Assembly: GCA_048884965.1 (NCBI GenBank)
Contig: JBHLQH010000001.1
Coordinates: 32,001 to 96,000 of the forward strand
Source of the DNA: Candidatus Thorarchaeota archaeon
GTDB taxonomy: Archaea > Asgardarchaeota > Thorarchaeia > Thorarchaeales > Thorarchaeaceae
Reading direction: 5' to 3'
Length of the DNA: 64,000 nucleotides
The position numbers and the translations under genes are program-made. This document shows, one piece after another, positions 1 through 9,090 of this stretch (within the stretch, counting starts at the first letter, position 1; every line of letters begins with the position of its first letter). The notes under the pieces are model-generated. The model did no database searches, had not been told where the DNA came from, and saw nothing but the letters and a program-made list of their open reading frames with translations.

Positions 1-1470
1 CCAAATCATTGCGATACCTGCATCGTCCGCCGCAGTAATCGATTCCGCATCTCGAATTGATCCTCCTGGAGCAATGATAGCTGTTACTCCTTTGGATGTT
101 GCCGCATCAATCGAATCGCGATAAGGAAAGAAAGCGTCTGAAGCCATCACAGCTCCTTTGGCTCGTTCTCCAGCTCTTTGTAATGCTAGCTCTACTGCTG
201 CGATTCTAGAGGATTGTCCCATGCCAACTCCAAGAGTCTTTGTACCCTTAGAAACGACAGCAGCATTAGACTTTGCATACTTTACAACTTTCCATGCAAA
301 TAGCAGACTTGCTAACTCGTCGTCTGTTGGTTGACGCTTTGATACAACGGTCAGGTCCTCAAGGGTTAGAGTACGTAGATCTGATGGTTGCACAAGGATA
401 CCATTCGGTACTAGCTTGATTGAATGCTCTGGAATTGAATACTCTTGAAACTTGCAGAGAATGATATTCTTCTTTTTCGTAAGAATCTCAAGGGCAACAT
501 TATCGTACTCAGGCGCGATGATTGCATCAACGAACATGGCGTTGAGCTTTGCTGCCAGGCTCGCTGTGATTGTGCGATTGAATCCCATTGCCGATCCAAA
601 TGCTGATAGGTTATCCGTCGCGAATGCATCATCGAATGCTTGTTCGATGTCTGATGCAGAGGCAAAACCGCAGGGGCTGGTATGCTTGATGATTGCGCAA
701 GATGGCTCCCTATTCTCCGATAATATTCCGATTGCTGCATTGAAATCGACAAGGTTGTTGAAGGACACCTCTTTTCCATGGATTTGCTGGTAGAATGGGG
801 CAGAGCCCGGATTCAGATAGTAACTCGCAGGTTGGTGCCAGTTCTCTCCATAACGTAGCTCTTGGGGTCTTTCAAATCCCAAGAGGAAATTCTCTGGGAC
901 CTCAATCCCCATCGAGAGATATCTACTGATAGCAATGTCATACTTTGCGGTATGAAAGAATGCTTTCCTAGCCAATTCCTTCCTCAATTCAATTGAGATG
1001 GTATCTGTCACTATTGCTTCTGAAACTCTCAAATAATCCTCCGGCGAGCTGACCACTAGGACCTCGTGATAGTTCTTGGCCGCTGCCCGAAGGAGGGTCA
1101 CTCCTCCTATGTCTATATTCTCGATGGCTTCCATGAGATCGTGTTGCTCTGATATGACCTTCTCAAATGGGTATAGATTGACCACGACAAGTCCAACGGG
1201 CTTGATGTTCAGTGACGAAAGCTCTTCCATATGACTCTCAGTTCCTAGGATTCCTCCCATAATAGCTGGATGCAAGGTCTTGACCCGGCCATCCAAAATT
1301 TCTGGGAATTGCGTGACGCTTGAAACGGTACTGACAGGTATGCTTGAGGTCTCAAGAATCTCAGCTGTCTTTCCTGTGCTTACGAACTCAAAATGAGAGG
1401 AGATGCTCTTACACAAGTCAACGATTCCTGTCTTATCAAAGACACTGATTATTGCCTTTCTTCTCTCCAA
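1..1470 (-). CDS. purH: Bifunctional AICAR transformylase/IMP cyclohydrolase (3' end runs off the window)
   Basis: Absent from the ORF track; read by hand on the minus strand. TTG start at 1470 (MERRKAIISVFDKTG) with GGTG RBS. PurH motifs GRVKTLHP, NLYPF, ENIDIGG, LRYGENWHQ, KHTSPCG, KSNA, GMGQSSR, MASDAFFP, IAPGGSIRD. Confidence 0.95.
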   Translation of the reverse strand, partial: MERRKAIISVFDKTGIVDLCKSISSHFEFVSTGKTAEILETSSIPVSTVSSVTQFPEILDGRVKTLHPAIMGGILGTESHMEELSSLNIKPVGLVVVNLYPFEKVISEQHDLMEAIENIDIGGVTLLRAAAKNYHEVLVVSSPEDYLRVSEAIVTDTISIELRKELARKAFFHTAKYDIAISRYLSMGIEVPENFLLGFERPQELRYGENWHQPASYYLNPGSAPFYQQIHGKEVSFNNLVDFNAAIGILSENREPSCAIIKHTSPCGFASASDIEQAFDDAFATDNLSAFGSAMGFNRTITASLAAKLNAMFVDAIIAPEYDNVALEILTKKKNIILCKFQEYSIPEHSIKLVPNGILVQPSDLRTLTLEDLTVVSKRQPTDDELASLLFAWKVVKYAKSNAAVVSKGTKTLGVGMGQSSRIAAVELALQRAGERAKGAVMASDAFFPYRDSIDAATSKGVTAIIAPGGSIRDAESITAADDAGIAMIW

Positions 1471-1477
1471 TATGAAA

Positions 1478-1531
1478 CACCATCGATAGGTGGAATCCTT
1501 TTGCATTCCGAGAGTGTCTCTCCTCATGCAA
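1478..1531 (-). promoter_or_regulatory. Structured purH 5' leader (two hairpins, one covering the RBS)
   Basis: TTGCAT(1501-1506)/ATGCAA(1526-1531) encloses GAGAG/CTCTC. CACC(1478-1481)/GGTG(1489-1492) pairs the RBS. TATA-like TTTATTTA at about 1557-1564 on the minus strand. Confidence 0.4.
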
Positions 1532-1585
1532 CCCCTTTCTCGCTCGCTTGGATGCCTAAATAAATTGATTGCTCCATAAGCAGTA

Positions 1586-1888
1586 TCATGTATCCCATTG
1601 AGCATCGTCTAGGACATATTGAGAGCCAATCGCTCCTTGACTAATTGCACCATCAGAAGACACTTCTGGATCTGGAATATACTTCTCGTACCTAACAACA
1701 CCCTTCACTGAAATCCGCATGCCTCTTATTACATCATCCCATGATCCAAGGTGGCGGATGTATATGACCTCATTTTGAGGAAGGACGATGAGGGCCCCGC
1801 CCTTTCCGTTCTCTGCGATGCCTTCCAGAACTACCTCTTCACCTATCATGTCACGCAACGATTTTTGATTCATTTGTAATCGATTCAT
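1586..1888 (-). CDS. Hypothetical protein (small, OB-fold-like beta protein)
   Basis: 100-aa ORF, co-oriented with neighbours, RBS-like AGGTAGAGA upstream. Confidence 0.7.
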   Translation of the reverse strand: MNRLQMNQKSLRDMIGEEVVLEGIAENGKGGALIVLPQNEVIYIRHLGSWDDVIRGMRISVKGVVRYEKYIPDPEVSSDGAISQGAIGSQYVLDDAQWDT

Positions 1889-1913
1889 ATCTCTACCTTA
1901 TCAGATTACTTGT

Positions 1914-2834
1914 TCATCTGTCAGTCCCTACATAAACGATTGCTGAGAATTCTTCCTTTACTTCAAATCCAGTTTTTTCATAGAGGAACTTGGCTGGATT
2001 TGATAGGGTAACAGCAAGATGTATCGATCGTATCGACTCATCCGAACCCAAGTATGAAAGTAATGTATTTACAAAGAGTGCCTTTCCTAAACCTCTCCCT
2101 TGATAGGTTGGCAATAGACCGATATCGGAAACAGTAACTGTGTCTCCTCCTTTTACGAGCATGCAATATCCAATAATCTCGTTATCCTTCATAAGTACTC
2201 GAGAGGTTCCTTCTATGTATTCACCAAAGGCGTTCTCCTCTACCTTCTTGAGATATTCTACGCCCATTTCCTTTGAGCTGAAGAACTCAGGATAGATTAT
2301 GGCATCGACGTGATCGGTGTTTGCTTTTGCTAGAACCCCGGCCACCTTCCCTCTTTCATCTGGATGATATGGTCTTAGTGCAAATCCTTGAGGTAATGTT
2401 ATCTCTTGATTCCGTAGGAATACTTCCCTACTGACATCCATAGCGGCTCGCTGGTATTCCCTGTAACCTCGAGCTAGAATATCGTTTTTTAGATTCTCCG
2501 TCATCTTCGGAAAATCTACTCTTGTAGGAGGATTATTCACCTCGTTGTAGCACCAGTCAATGATCTTCTTCTCGAGCAGCTTGACGATTTCTTGGTCGAG
2601 CTCTCCATTCATATCATCGACAAAGACTGCAATGATTCTGCCACTAACTTGACCAATGACTCCAAATCCATTGGGGCTTGAATCCTTCGATTCTGTTAGG
2701 CAAACCTTGACATTGCCAGCTTGAACTGCTTCTGAAAGTATATCGAAGAAAGGCTTTGGGAAGTCAATGCCCTCTTGGTATCTTGAAACAATGCTCTCGA
2801 TAGAGCTCAAATCATCCAATGTCAGAACTCTCAT
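1914..2834 (-). CDS. GNAT family N-acetyltransferase (tandem GNAT-like)
   Basis: Acetyl-CoA motif LLPTYQGRGLGKAL and C-terminal NPAKFLYEKTGF. Confidence 0.9.
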   Translation of the reverse strand: MRVLTLDDLSSIESIVSRYQEGIDFPKPFFDILSEAVQAGNVKVCLTESKDSSPNGFGVIGQVSGRIIAVFVDDMNGELDQEIVKLLEKKIIDWCYNEVNNPPTRVDFPKMTENLKNDILARGYREYQRAAMDVSREVFLRNQEITLPQGFALRPYHPDERGKVAGVLAKANTDHVDAIIYPEFFSSKEMGVEYLKKVEENAFGEYIEGTSRVLMKDNEIIGYCMLVKGGDTVTVSDIGLLPTYQGRGLGKALFVNTLLSYLGSDESIRSIHLAVTLSNPAKFLYEKTGFEVKEEFSAIVYVGTDR

Positions 2835-2984
2835 GGTTCTTCGGATTCAGAATTTGATTATAAGCTCGATAGTTCAAAGCAAAAACTACTCACATCAAGG
2901 GCCAATAACTCTTAGATGCTTATGCACTATGCAAAGTTTCAATACTTGCCGTGCCATATCACTAATGCTGGAGGATAGAGAATA

Positions 2985-3374
2985 GTGAAAGAACCCATCG
3001 GCTATAACATCGTGACCTACGGATTGTTTCTACAGAATGAGCAGAAGGATTTCGGAAAGCTACTAGATAAGCCAATCCATGTGAGTGCGATAATCACATG
3101 CCACCCCTCTGACACCAAGGACTTCAAAAAAGCGTATTTCATCTTCGTTGATGGGAAGCACATTCCTGAATTCAAATATCCTGACCATATCCGGGACGAT
3201 GAGAGTGGTGATAGATGCGTCTACATATTCCGTTCCTCTCAATTCTATAGAGAACATGTTGACCTACTAAGGAATGAGAAGCCCATAGCTCTTTGGTGGT
3301 CACAGAAGAATAACACTTGGCAACTGGCAACGGGAAAGAGTGAGCCAGTAGGTGAAGGCGCTGGAGAGCACTAG
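2985..3374 (+). CDS. Hypothetical protein
   Basis: 129-aa ORF, GTG start with GGAGG upstream; C-terminal DLLRNEKP...EPVGEG motif. Confidence 0.75.
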   Translation: MKEPIGYNIVTYGLFLQNEQKDFGKLLDKPIHVSAIITCHPSDTKDFKKAYFIFVDGKHIPEFKYPDHIRDDESGDRCVYIFRSSQFYREHVDLLRNEKPIALWWSQKNNTWQLATGKSEPVGEGAGEH

Positions 3375-3455
3375 GTTCCGGTTATTTGGATCCATTGATG
3401 TTTGAAAAGACTAATCTGCACTCAGAACATATCATAGCCGGAAGGTTGCCTTGCA

Positions 3456-3830
3456 GTGAGTGATTGGGATATAGATGATATCTTTGATGAACTATTCAAG
3501 AACATGAGGCGCTTCATGCAGGACGGAGCCTTGTTCAGGCCGCCTGAGAAATTCAGACACTCTGGTAGCGCTCCTAAATCAGAGGAGATCATCCAATATG
3601 ATGATCATGTTCTATTAGTGATGGAACTCGGGCCCCAGTTCAGCCAAGAGAACACGACTATAGAAATGATACAGCGGGATGAACGTCGGATTTTGGAGAT
3701 CAAATCATTCGTTAATGGTTTGGTCCGGCGATATGGGATGAGCAGCGACATGACTGGTGACTTCGATTGGGATATCCGGAATGGCATGCTAGAAGTCATT
3801 CTGAAGAGAGTACCTCCTGTAAAACATTGA
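3456..3830 (+). CDS. Small heat-shock protein (HSP20/alpha-crystallin)-like protein
   Basis: N-terminal DDIFDELFKNMRRF and C-terminal RNGMLEVILKR resemble archaeal sHSPs; divergent. Confidence 0.65.
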   Translation: MSDWDIDDIFDELFKNMRRFMQDGALFRPPEKFRHSGSAPKSEEIIQYDDHVLLVMELGPQFSQENTTIEMIQRDERRILEIKSFVNGLVRRYGMSSDMTGDFDWDIRNGMLEVILKRVPPVKH

Positions 3831-3928
3831 GATCTGGATTCTCTTCTTTTTGGTTGGAAGGGTAAATAGGGATTACTCCAAGAGATATCTTATTCTGGAT
3901 CCTTACTTCATCCTTTCGTGATTGCGAG

Positions 3929-4759
3929 ATGATATATCAAATCGATGATTTAGAGATGTACTATGAGGTTATAGGATCAGGTACTCCAATCGTGATAATC
4001 CACGGATTTACATTGGACCATCGATCAATGAAGGAGTGTATGGAGCCTATCTTCAATAAGCGCCAAGCCTGGCAACGAATCTATCTTGACTTACCGGGAC
4101 ATGGAAAGACCAAAGGGGTTGAATGGATCAAGAATTCAGATGATATGTTGCATGTGCTGATTGATTTCATTGAAGCCACTATCCCCCGCGAGCGTTTTCT
4201 TGTTGCAGGATTGTCTTATGGAGGCTATCTAGCTCGGGGGTTGATATACAAGAAGATGGATTTGATTGATGGATTACTATTGATTGTTCCAAGGATTGTA
4301 TCGCATCCTTTGAAACGCATACTTCCTCCTCGTATAGTATTTGAGAAGGATGAAAGGTTTCTGTCATCACTTTCCACAATAGAAAGAGAGGGCTTCGAGG
4401 AGATCTCAGTGATTCTGAACGATAGGGTGTTTAATCGGTATTCAAAAGAGATAACCCCTGCAGTGCAGGTCGCAGACAATACCTTCCTGCAACGTTTGGA
4501 CAACACGAAGGACTCTTTCTCATTTGATGTGGATCAGCTGCCTGCCAAATTCGAAAAACCTACTTTGTTTCTGTTGGGGCGGCAGGACCATATTGTAGGA
4601 TACGAGGATGCCTGGAATCTCATCGAGCAATACCCAAGAGCGACCCTTGTAGTTCTAGACAAGGCTGGACATGGACTCCAGATGGAGCAAGTCAATCTCT
4701 TTGAGGTATTAGTAGAGAATTGGCTGGATCGCACTCTTGAGGCAGACTCTATCAAATGA
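3929..4759 (+). CDS. Alpha/beta hydrolase
   Basis: IHG oxyanion motif, DLPGHG, nucleophile GLSYGG, GRQD acid, AGH catalytic His. Confidence 0.92.
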   Translation: MIYQIDDLEMYYEVIGSGTPIVIIHGFTLDHRSMKECMEPIFNKRQAWQRIYLDLPGHGKTKGVEWIKNSDDMLHVLIDFIEATIPRERFLVAGLSYGGYLARGLIYKKMDLIDGLLLIVPRIVSHPLKRILPPRIVFEKDERFLSSLSTIEREGFEEISVILNDRVFNRYSKEITPAVQVADNTFLQRLDNTKDSFSFDVDQLPAKFEKPTLFLLGRQDHIVGYEDAWNLIEQYPRATLVVLDKAGHGLQMEQVNLFEVLVENWLDRTLEADSIK

Positions 4760-4832
4760 AATCCATTCTGAGCGTGCAACGACCAAACAGAACGACTAAA
4801 TACACATTCCTCAATGCAGAAGATGGCTTACC

Positions 4833-6404
4833 ATGGCAAAAGTGAAGATTACTGACACTGTTCTCAGGGATGCACATCAATCCCTCCTTGCTACACGGAT
4901 GAAGACAGAGGATATGATCCCTATATGTGAGAAATTGAACAAGGTCGGATATCACTCATTGGAGATGTTTGGTGGCGCGACCTTCGATTCAATGATGCGT
5001 TTCCTCGACGAGGATCCGTGGGAACGTGTAGAAACCCTCAGCACAGCTATGCCTGACACCAAGATGCAGATGCTCTTGAGAGGACAGAATGTGGTTGGCT
5101 ATCGCAATTATCCTGATGATGTTCTTGAGGCATTCGTCGTTGAAGCAGTCAAGGTTGGCATAGATATCTTCAGAATATTCGACGCTTTAAATGACGTCAG
5201 GAATATGGAAGCCGCAATGAAGTTCGTGAAGCGTGAGGGCGGTCACGTTCAAGCAAGTATCAGCTATACCATAAGCCCTGTGCACACCATTCAGAATTTC
5301 ATTGAAACCTCGAAGACGTTATACGATATGGGTGCAGACTCAATCTGCATCAAGGATATGGCTGGGCTAATATCTCCTCAGGCTGCGTATGATCTTGTAA
5401 AGGGCCTCAAGGAAGAAATCGATATACCTATCCAGCTTCACTCACATTATACAAGCGGTATGGCTGCCATGGCATACCTAAAGGCTGCGGAGGCTGGTGT
5501 AGATGTGGTTGATTGCGCTATCTCTGCCCTATCTATGGCGACCTCCCAACCTGCGACAGAGTCTATCGTTGAAGCCCTTAAGGGCACTCCATACGATACA
5601 GGACTCAATCTCAATCTTTTATCTGAGATCGCAGATTACTTCCGAAAGGTTCGCAGGAAGTACTCCCAATTCGAAGGAGCCCTGAAGGGAGTGGACCCTC
5701 AAGTTCTAGTGTTCCAGATTCCCGGGGGTATGCTCTCAAACTTGGACAACCAGCTGAAGGAACAAGGTGCTTTAGATCGCTATGATGAAGTTCTGGCAGA
5801 AGTTCCACGTGTTCGAGCGGAATTCGGCTATCCTCCTCTTGTTACACCTTCAAGCCAGATTGTTGGCACACAGGCAACCCTCAATGTGATCACGGGAGAA
5901 CGCTATAGCATCATACCTCATGAAGTAAAGCAATACTTCCGTGGATACTATGGAAGACCTCCTGCTCCCGTCGATGAGGAGGTCAAGAAGAAGGCTATTG
6001 GTGATGAGGAACCCCTTTCTGTTCGCCCAGCAGACCTACTCGAACCTGAACTACCCGCAGCAAGAGAGGCTCTCAAAGATATTCCTCATCATTCCCGCGA
6101 CCTCGTATCTTATGCTCTCTTTCCTCAATACGCGTTAGATTTCCTGAAGCGCAAGGCAAAGAAGATCAATCGTGGCACTATGACTCCTGAGCTTGAAGTC
6201 GCACTAATCGCCTCGATACTTCATGTAAGCAACAAGTCATCAGGCGGCCCCATGAGCATTACTATGGCTGGGGACAGCTGGAGTAAGAGTGGTCGTGAGG
6301 CTCTACATGCCGCACGTGCTGGAAGCTGGGAGAAAAATCCATCTGCATGGTCTGTGTCTGGTAGAAAGCATCAGATGCGTCCTCGTACTCAGGGGGGTCC
6401 ATGA
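4833..6404 (+). CDS. Pyruvate/oxaloacetate carboxyltransferase (PycB/OadA/transcarboxylase 5S family), no fused biotin domain
   Basis: RDAHQSLLATRM, GGATFD, LLRGQN, IKDMAG, HSH, QIPGGM, PPLVTPSSQIVG motifs. Confidence 0.92.
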   Translation: MAKVKITDTVLRDAHQSLLATRMKTEDMIPICEKLNKVGYHSLEMFGGATFDSMMRFLDEDPWERVETLSTAMPDTKMQMLLRGQNVVGYRNYPDDVLEAFVVEAVKVGIDIFRIFDALNDVRNMEAAMKFVKREGGHVQASISYTISPVHTIQNFIETSKTLYDMGADSICIKDMAGLISPQAAYDLVKGLKEEIDIPIQLHSHYTSGMAAMAYLKAAEAGVDVVDCAISALSMATSQPATESIVEALKGTPYDTGLNLNLLSEIADYFRKVRRKYSQFEGALKGVDPQVLVFQIPGGMLSNLDNQLKEQGALDRYDEVLAEVPRVRAEFGYPPLVTPSSQIVGTQATLNVITGERYSIIPHEVKQYFRGYYGRPPAPVDEEVKKKAIGDEEPLSVRPADLLEPELPAAREALKDIPHHSRDLVSYALFPQYALDFLKRKAKKINRGTMTPELEVALIASILHVSNKSSGGPMSITMAGDSWSKSGREALHAARAGSWEKNPSAWSVSGRKHQMRPRTQGGP

Positions 6405-6928
6405 TGAGTTCTGATTACGAAATCACACTTGATGACACCAAGTACAAGGTGTCAGTTGAACGTCTTGATGAAGGTGGAATTCTGATTGTAAAGGTCGCTG
6501 ATGAGTGCTATACCATCAAGACTCTGCAAACTGACGAAGGTACGTTCATTGTTAATGATACAACGAACGATTTTTCCATTAGGCTGGTCAAGAAGACTGG
6601 GTCCAAGCTACAACTTGAGTTGGATGACCATCCGCTTGAGGTAGAATGGCAGCGAATCGTCAAGAATCAAGTTACTGCAGCTCCTAAGGCAACGGGTGGA
6701 GGAGGTCCCAAGGTCGCTGGAGGAGTGTATCCTCCAATGCCCGGCAAGATCAGTGAAGTCACCGTGTCCGTCGGGGATGTGGTGAAGCAAGGTCAGACAG
6801 TGTGCATCCTTGAGGCTATGAAGATGTTCAATGAGTTGAAGTCCTCAAAGGCTGGAACCGTCAAGGAAGTCAACGTAGAGCAAGGTTCTGCTGTCACGCC
6901 AAATGACCTTCTGATTCTAATCGAATAG
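6401..6928 (+). CDS. Biotin carboxyl carrier protein
   Basis: PMPG...EAMKM biotinylation motif; start overlaps the upstream stop (ATGA). Confidence 0.93.
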   Translation: MMSSDYEITLDDTKYKVSVERLDEGGILIVKVADECYTIKTLQTDEGTFIVNDTTNDFSIRLVKKTGSKLQLELDDHPLEVEWQRIVKNQVTAAPKATGGGGPKVAGGVYPPMPGKISEVTVSVGDVVKQGQTVCILEAMKMFNELKSSKAGTVKEVNVEQGSAVTPNDLLILIE

Positions 6929-6939
6929 GATGTGATCTT

Positions 6940-8106
6940 GTGAAGCCGGTTCATATCATTGGTGCAGGCATGACCCGCTTTGGCGTCTTGGAAGAATCAA
7001 TCATGAAATTGGTTGAGCAGGCCTCAATGGAAGCGATAAGCACCTCTGGTACTGCTGGAGAGACATTCAATCATGTCCTTGTTTCGTGTCAGAATTCTGA
7101 TGAGTTCACAGGAGTAGGCCATCTTTCAACTCTGACTGCAGATAGACTTGGTCTGATTCCGGCTGGTGCGACACGAATTGAGAGCGGACCATCTTCTGGT
7201 TCAAGCGCTTTTGAGGTGGGTTGTGCAATGATTGCCTCGTCAATGGCAGACCTCGTGCTTGTCGTTGGTGTTGAGAAGATGTCCGAGGTAGAGCGAGGGA
7301 TTGCGTCTCGGATACTTGCCAAGATGATGTCGAACGAGAACGAGACCCAGTATGGTGCGACACCTACTGCGCTAGCAGCTATGATTACGCGACGATATAT
7401 GCACGAGTATGGATTGACTCGTGATGAGCTTTCACTGGTTCCAGTAAAAGCCCACAAGAATGGAACAAAGAACCCTCTGGCACACTTTCAGAAGGAAATT
7501 GATGTTGAGAAGGTTAGCAATGCTAGAATTGTCGCGGATCCCTTGACCCTTTATGATTGTTGCCCGACCTCAGATGGAGCAGCTGCCGTCGTTCTTGCTT
7601 CGCAGAAGATGACAGAAACTCTAGGAGCACACGATGACTCAGTCAAAGTTCTTGGTATTGGTCATGCAACAGATTATCACGCGGTACAACATAGGCGTTC
7701 AATGACTTCCTTCAATGCAACGGTCGAAGCTGCGAAGAGAGCATTTGATATGGCGAACTTGACTCCAGATAGAATCAATGTTTGTGAGATACATGATGCG
7801 TTCTCCATCTTGGAGATTGTGGACATGGAGGACATAGGACTAGTTGATCGAGGAACTGCAATCCAAGCGATAAAGGATGGACGGACTTCTGTTGATGGAG
7901 ATCTTCCTATCAATACGACAGGAGGTCTAAAAGCGCGAGGTCATCCTACTGGAGCTACCGGACTAGCTCAGATTCATGATATCTTTCAACAGCTGACGGG
8001 TACTGCTCCAAAGGAATTGCAGGTAGCGGACCCAGAAATTGGTTTGACCCACAATATTGGTGGATTTGGGAACAATATGGTTGTCGCCATTTTTGCTAAT
8101 CACTAA
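6940..8106 (+). CDS. Thiolase-family protein (archaeal/SCP2-type), catalytic Cys absent
   Basis: GVEKM, NPLAHF, CCPTSDGAAA, EIHDAF, GHPTGATG motifs; ESGPSSG where E.ACASG is usual. Confidence 0.88.
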   Translation: MKPVHIIGAGMTRFGVLEESIMKLVEQASMEAISTSGTAGETFNHVLVSCQNSDEFTGVGHLSTLTADRLGLIPAGATRIESGPSSGSSAFEVGCAMIASSMADLVLVVGVEKMSEVERGIASRILAKMMSNENETQYGATPTALAAMITRRYMHEYGLTRDELSLVPVKAHKNGTKNPLAHFQKEIDVEKVSNARIVADPLTLYDCCPTSDGAAAVVLASQKMTETLGAHDDSVKVLGIGHATDYHAVQHRRSMTSFNATVEAAKRAFDMANLTPDRINVCEIHDAFSILEIVDMEDIGLVDRGTAIQAIKDGRTSVDGDLPINTTGGLKARGHPTGATGLAQIHDIFQQLTGTAPKELQVADPEIGLTHNIGGFGNNMVVAIFANH

Positions 8107-8178
8107 ACTGATGTAGTACATCAGATCGAGAGCAAGCTTTTTCAAACATCCTGCCCCTCAATAAACCAGGTTATTGCA

Positions 8179-8502
8179 GTGGAGATTGCAGCTTCGAAAT
8201 GTATGTATTGTGAGAATGTCATCATACCTCCAAGAAGCATTTGTCCCTATTGTGGCCCAGAATCGCAAGAATTGGTTGAGATATCTGTTGAGCCCACTGG
8301 CGAGGTTGTAAGCTATACTTCTCTTGAACGACCTCCGGAGGGATTTGACCCGCCTGTTGTGCTAGCACTAGTACAGACAAATTCTGGAGCAACAATTCTC
8401 TGCCTTGGATCGAAGGATGAGATCGAAGGCACAAAGATTGGAAGTCAAGTTTCTATAACGAAAGATTCCCAAGGACGCTTCCTCTACAAACTTGAGAAAT
8501 AG
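8179..8502 (+). CDS. DUF35 family Zn-ribbon/OB-fold protein (thiolase partner)
   Basis: CxxC...PPR..CPxC plus OB-fold (GEVVSYT...P.VLALV); directly follows the thiolase. Confidence 0.88.
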   Translation: MEIAASKCMYCENVIIPPRSICPYCGPESQELVEISVEPTGEVVSYTSLERPPEGFDPPVVLALVQTNSGATILCLGSKDEIEGTKIGSQVSITKDSQGRFLYKLEK

Positions 8503-8507
8503 AAGGA

Positions 8508-8596
8508 ACACCACGGGAAGGGGCAAGTCCGAAGAATGCCCCTTGTTTTCACACGAGTTTCGGGGACCGAAAAAGCCAAACTCGTAACCGTGATGT
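8508..8596. other. Candidate structured RNA / double-hairpin element
   Basis: Hairpins AAGGGGCA/TGCCCCTT (8518-8544) and ACGAGTTT/AAACTCGT (8553-8585), closed by ACACCACGG/CCGTGATGT. Confidence 0.55.
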
Positions 8597-8630
8597 GTAA
8601 TAGTATTACATGGAAAGTAATATAATACTT
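8596..8630. promoter_or_regulatory. Palindromic operator candidates upstream of the RHH gene
   Basis: TGTAATA-G-TATTACA (8596-8610) and AAGTA-N6-TACTT (8615-8630), both containing GTAATA. Confidence 0.5.
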
Positions 8631-8684
8631 ACGTGTTCTACCATACCTGAAGTGTAGCGGATTTCGACGATTGGAAGTGTGTCT

Positions 8685-9035
8685 ATGTCTGAAAAAGAGG
8701 GAGAAGTGAACGAGCTCCAGATGAGTATTCGCGAGGAATTACTGGGCAGAGCCTCAGAAGAGAAATTCGGTCTCAAGAAACGCGAGATCTCTGTAATGAC
8801 AAGAATGAACGCAGAAATTGTGGAGATACTAGATGCCCTTGTTGAGTTAGAGATTTTCAAGAGCCGTTCTGAAGCAGTTGCTGCTCTGATTGAGAATGCA
8901 ATTCACTCAAAGAAGCGTCTCTTCGGCGAGATACGAAGCCAAGCAGTAGACATCCGAAAGAAACGAGAAGCTGCTAGGCACCTTGCTGTTCAGACTATTC
9001 AAATCATGAGAAAAGAAGCAGAGGAAGAAGAATAG
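8685..9035 (+). CDS. Ribbon-helix-helix (CopG/Arc/MetJ-like) regulator
   Basis: VMTRMNAEIVEILDALVELEIFKSRSEAV is a typical RHH signature; ATG at 8685. Confidence 0.8.
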   Translation: MSEKEGEVNELQMSIREELLGRASEEKFGLKKREISVMTRMNAEIVEILDALVELEIFKSRSEAVAALIENAIHSKKRLFGEIRSQAVDIRKKREAARHLAVQTIQIMRKEAEEEE

Positions 9036-9090
9036 GGTAGTTCGTTAGGAATTTAAGGGCCAGTTTTCTGTGGAACTTCAGGGTTTGACA

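Noticed and set aside
411-793. ORF-track ORFs 411-779 (-) and 452-793 (+)
   Set aside because: Alternative-frame and antisense shadows of purH.
1471-1565. ZTP (pfl) riboswitch upstream of purH
   Set aside because: The conserved GACUG and GCCUGGGC elements are absent.
1501-1588. AUGA...GA hairpin as a SECIS element with Sec read-through of the TGA at 1586
   Set aside because: The upper stem is only 5 bp, and read-through adds a short peptide with no selenoprotein-like context.
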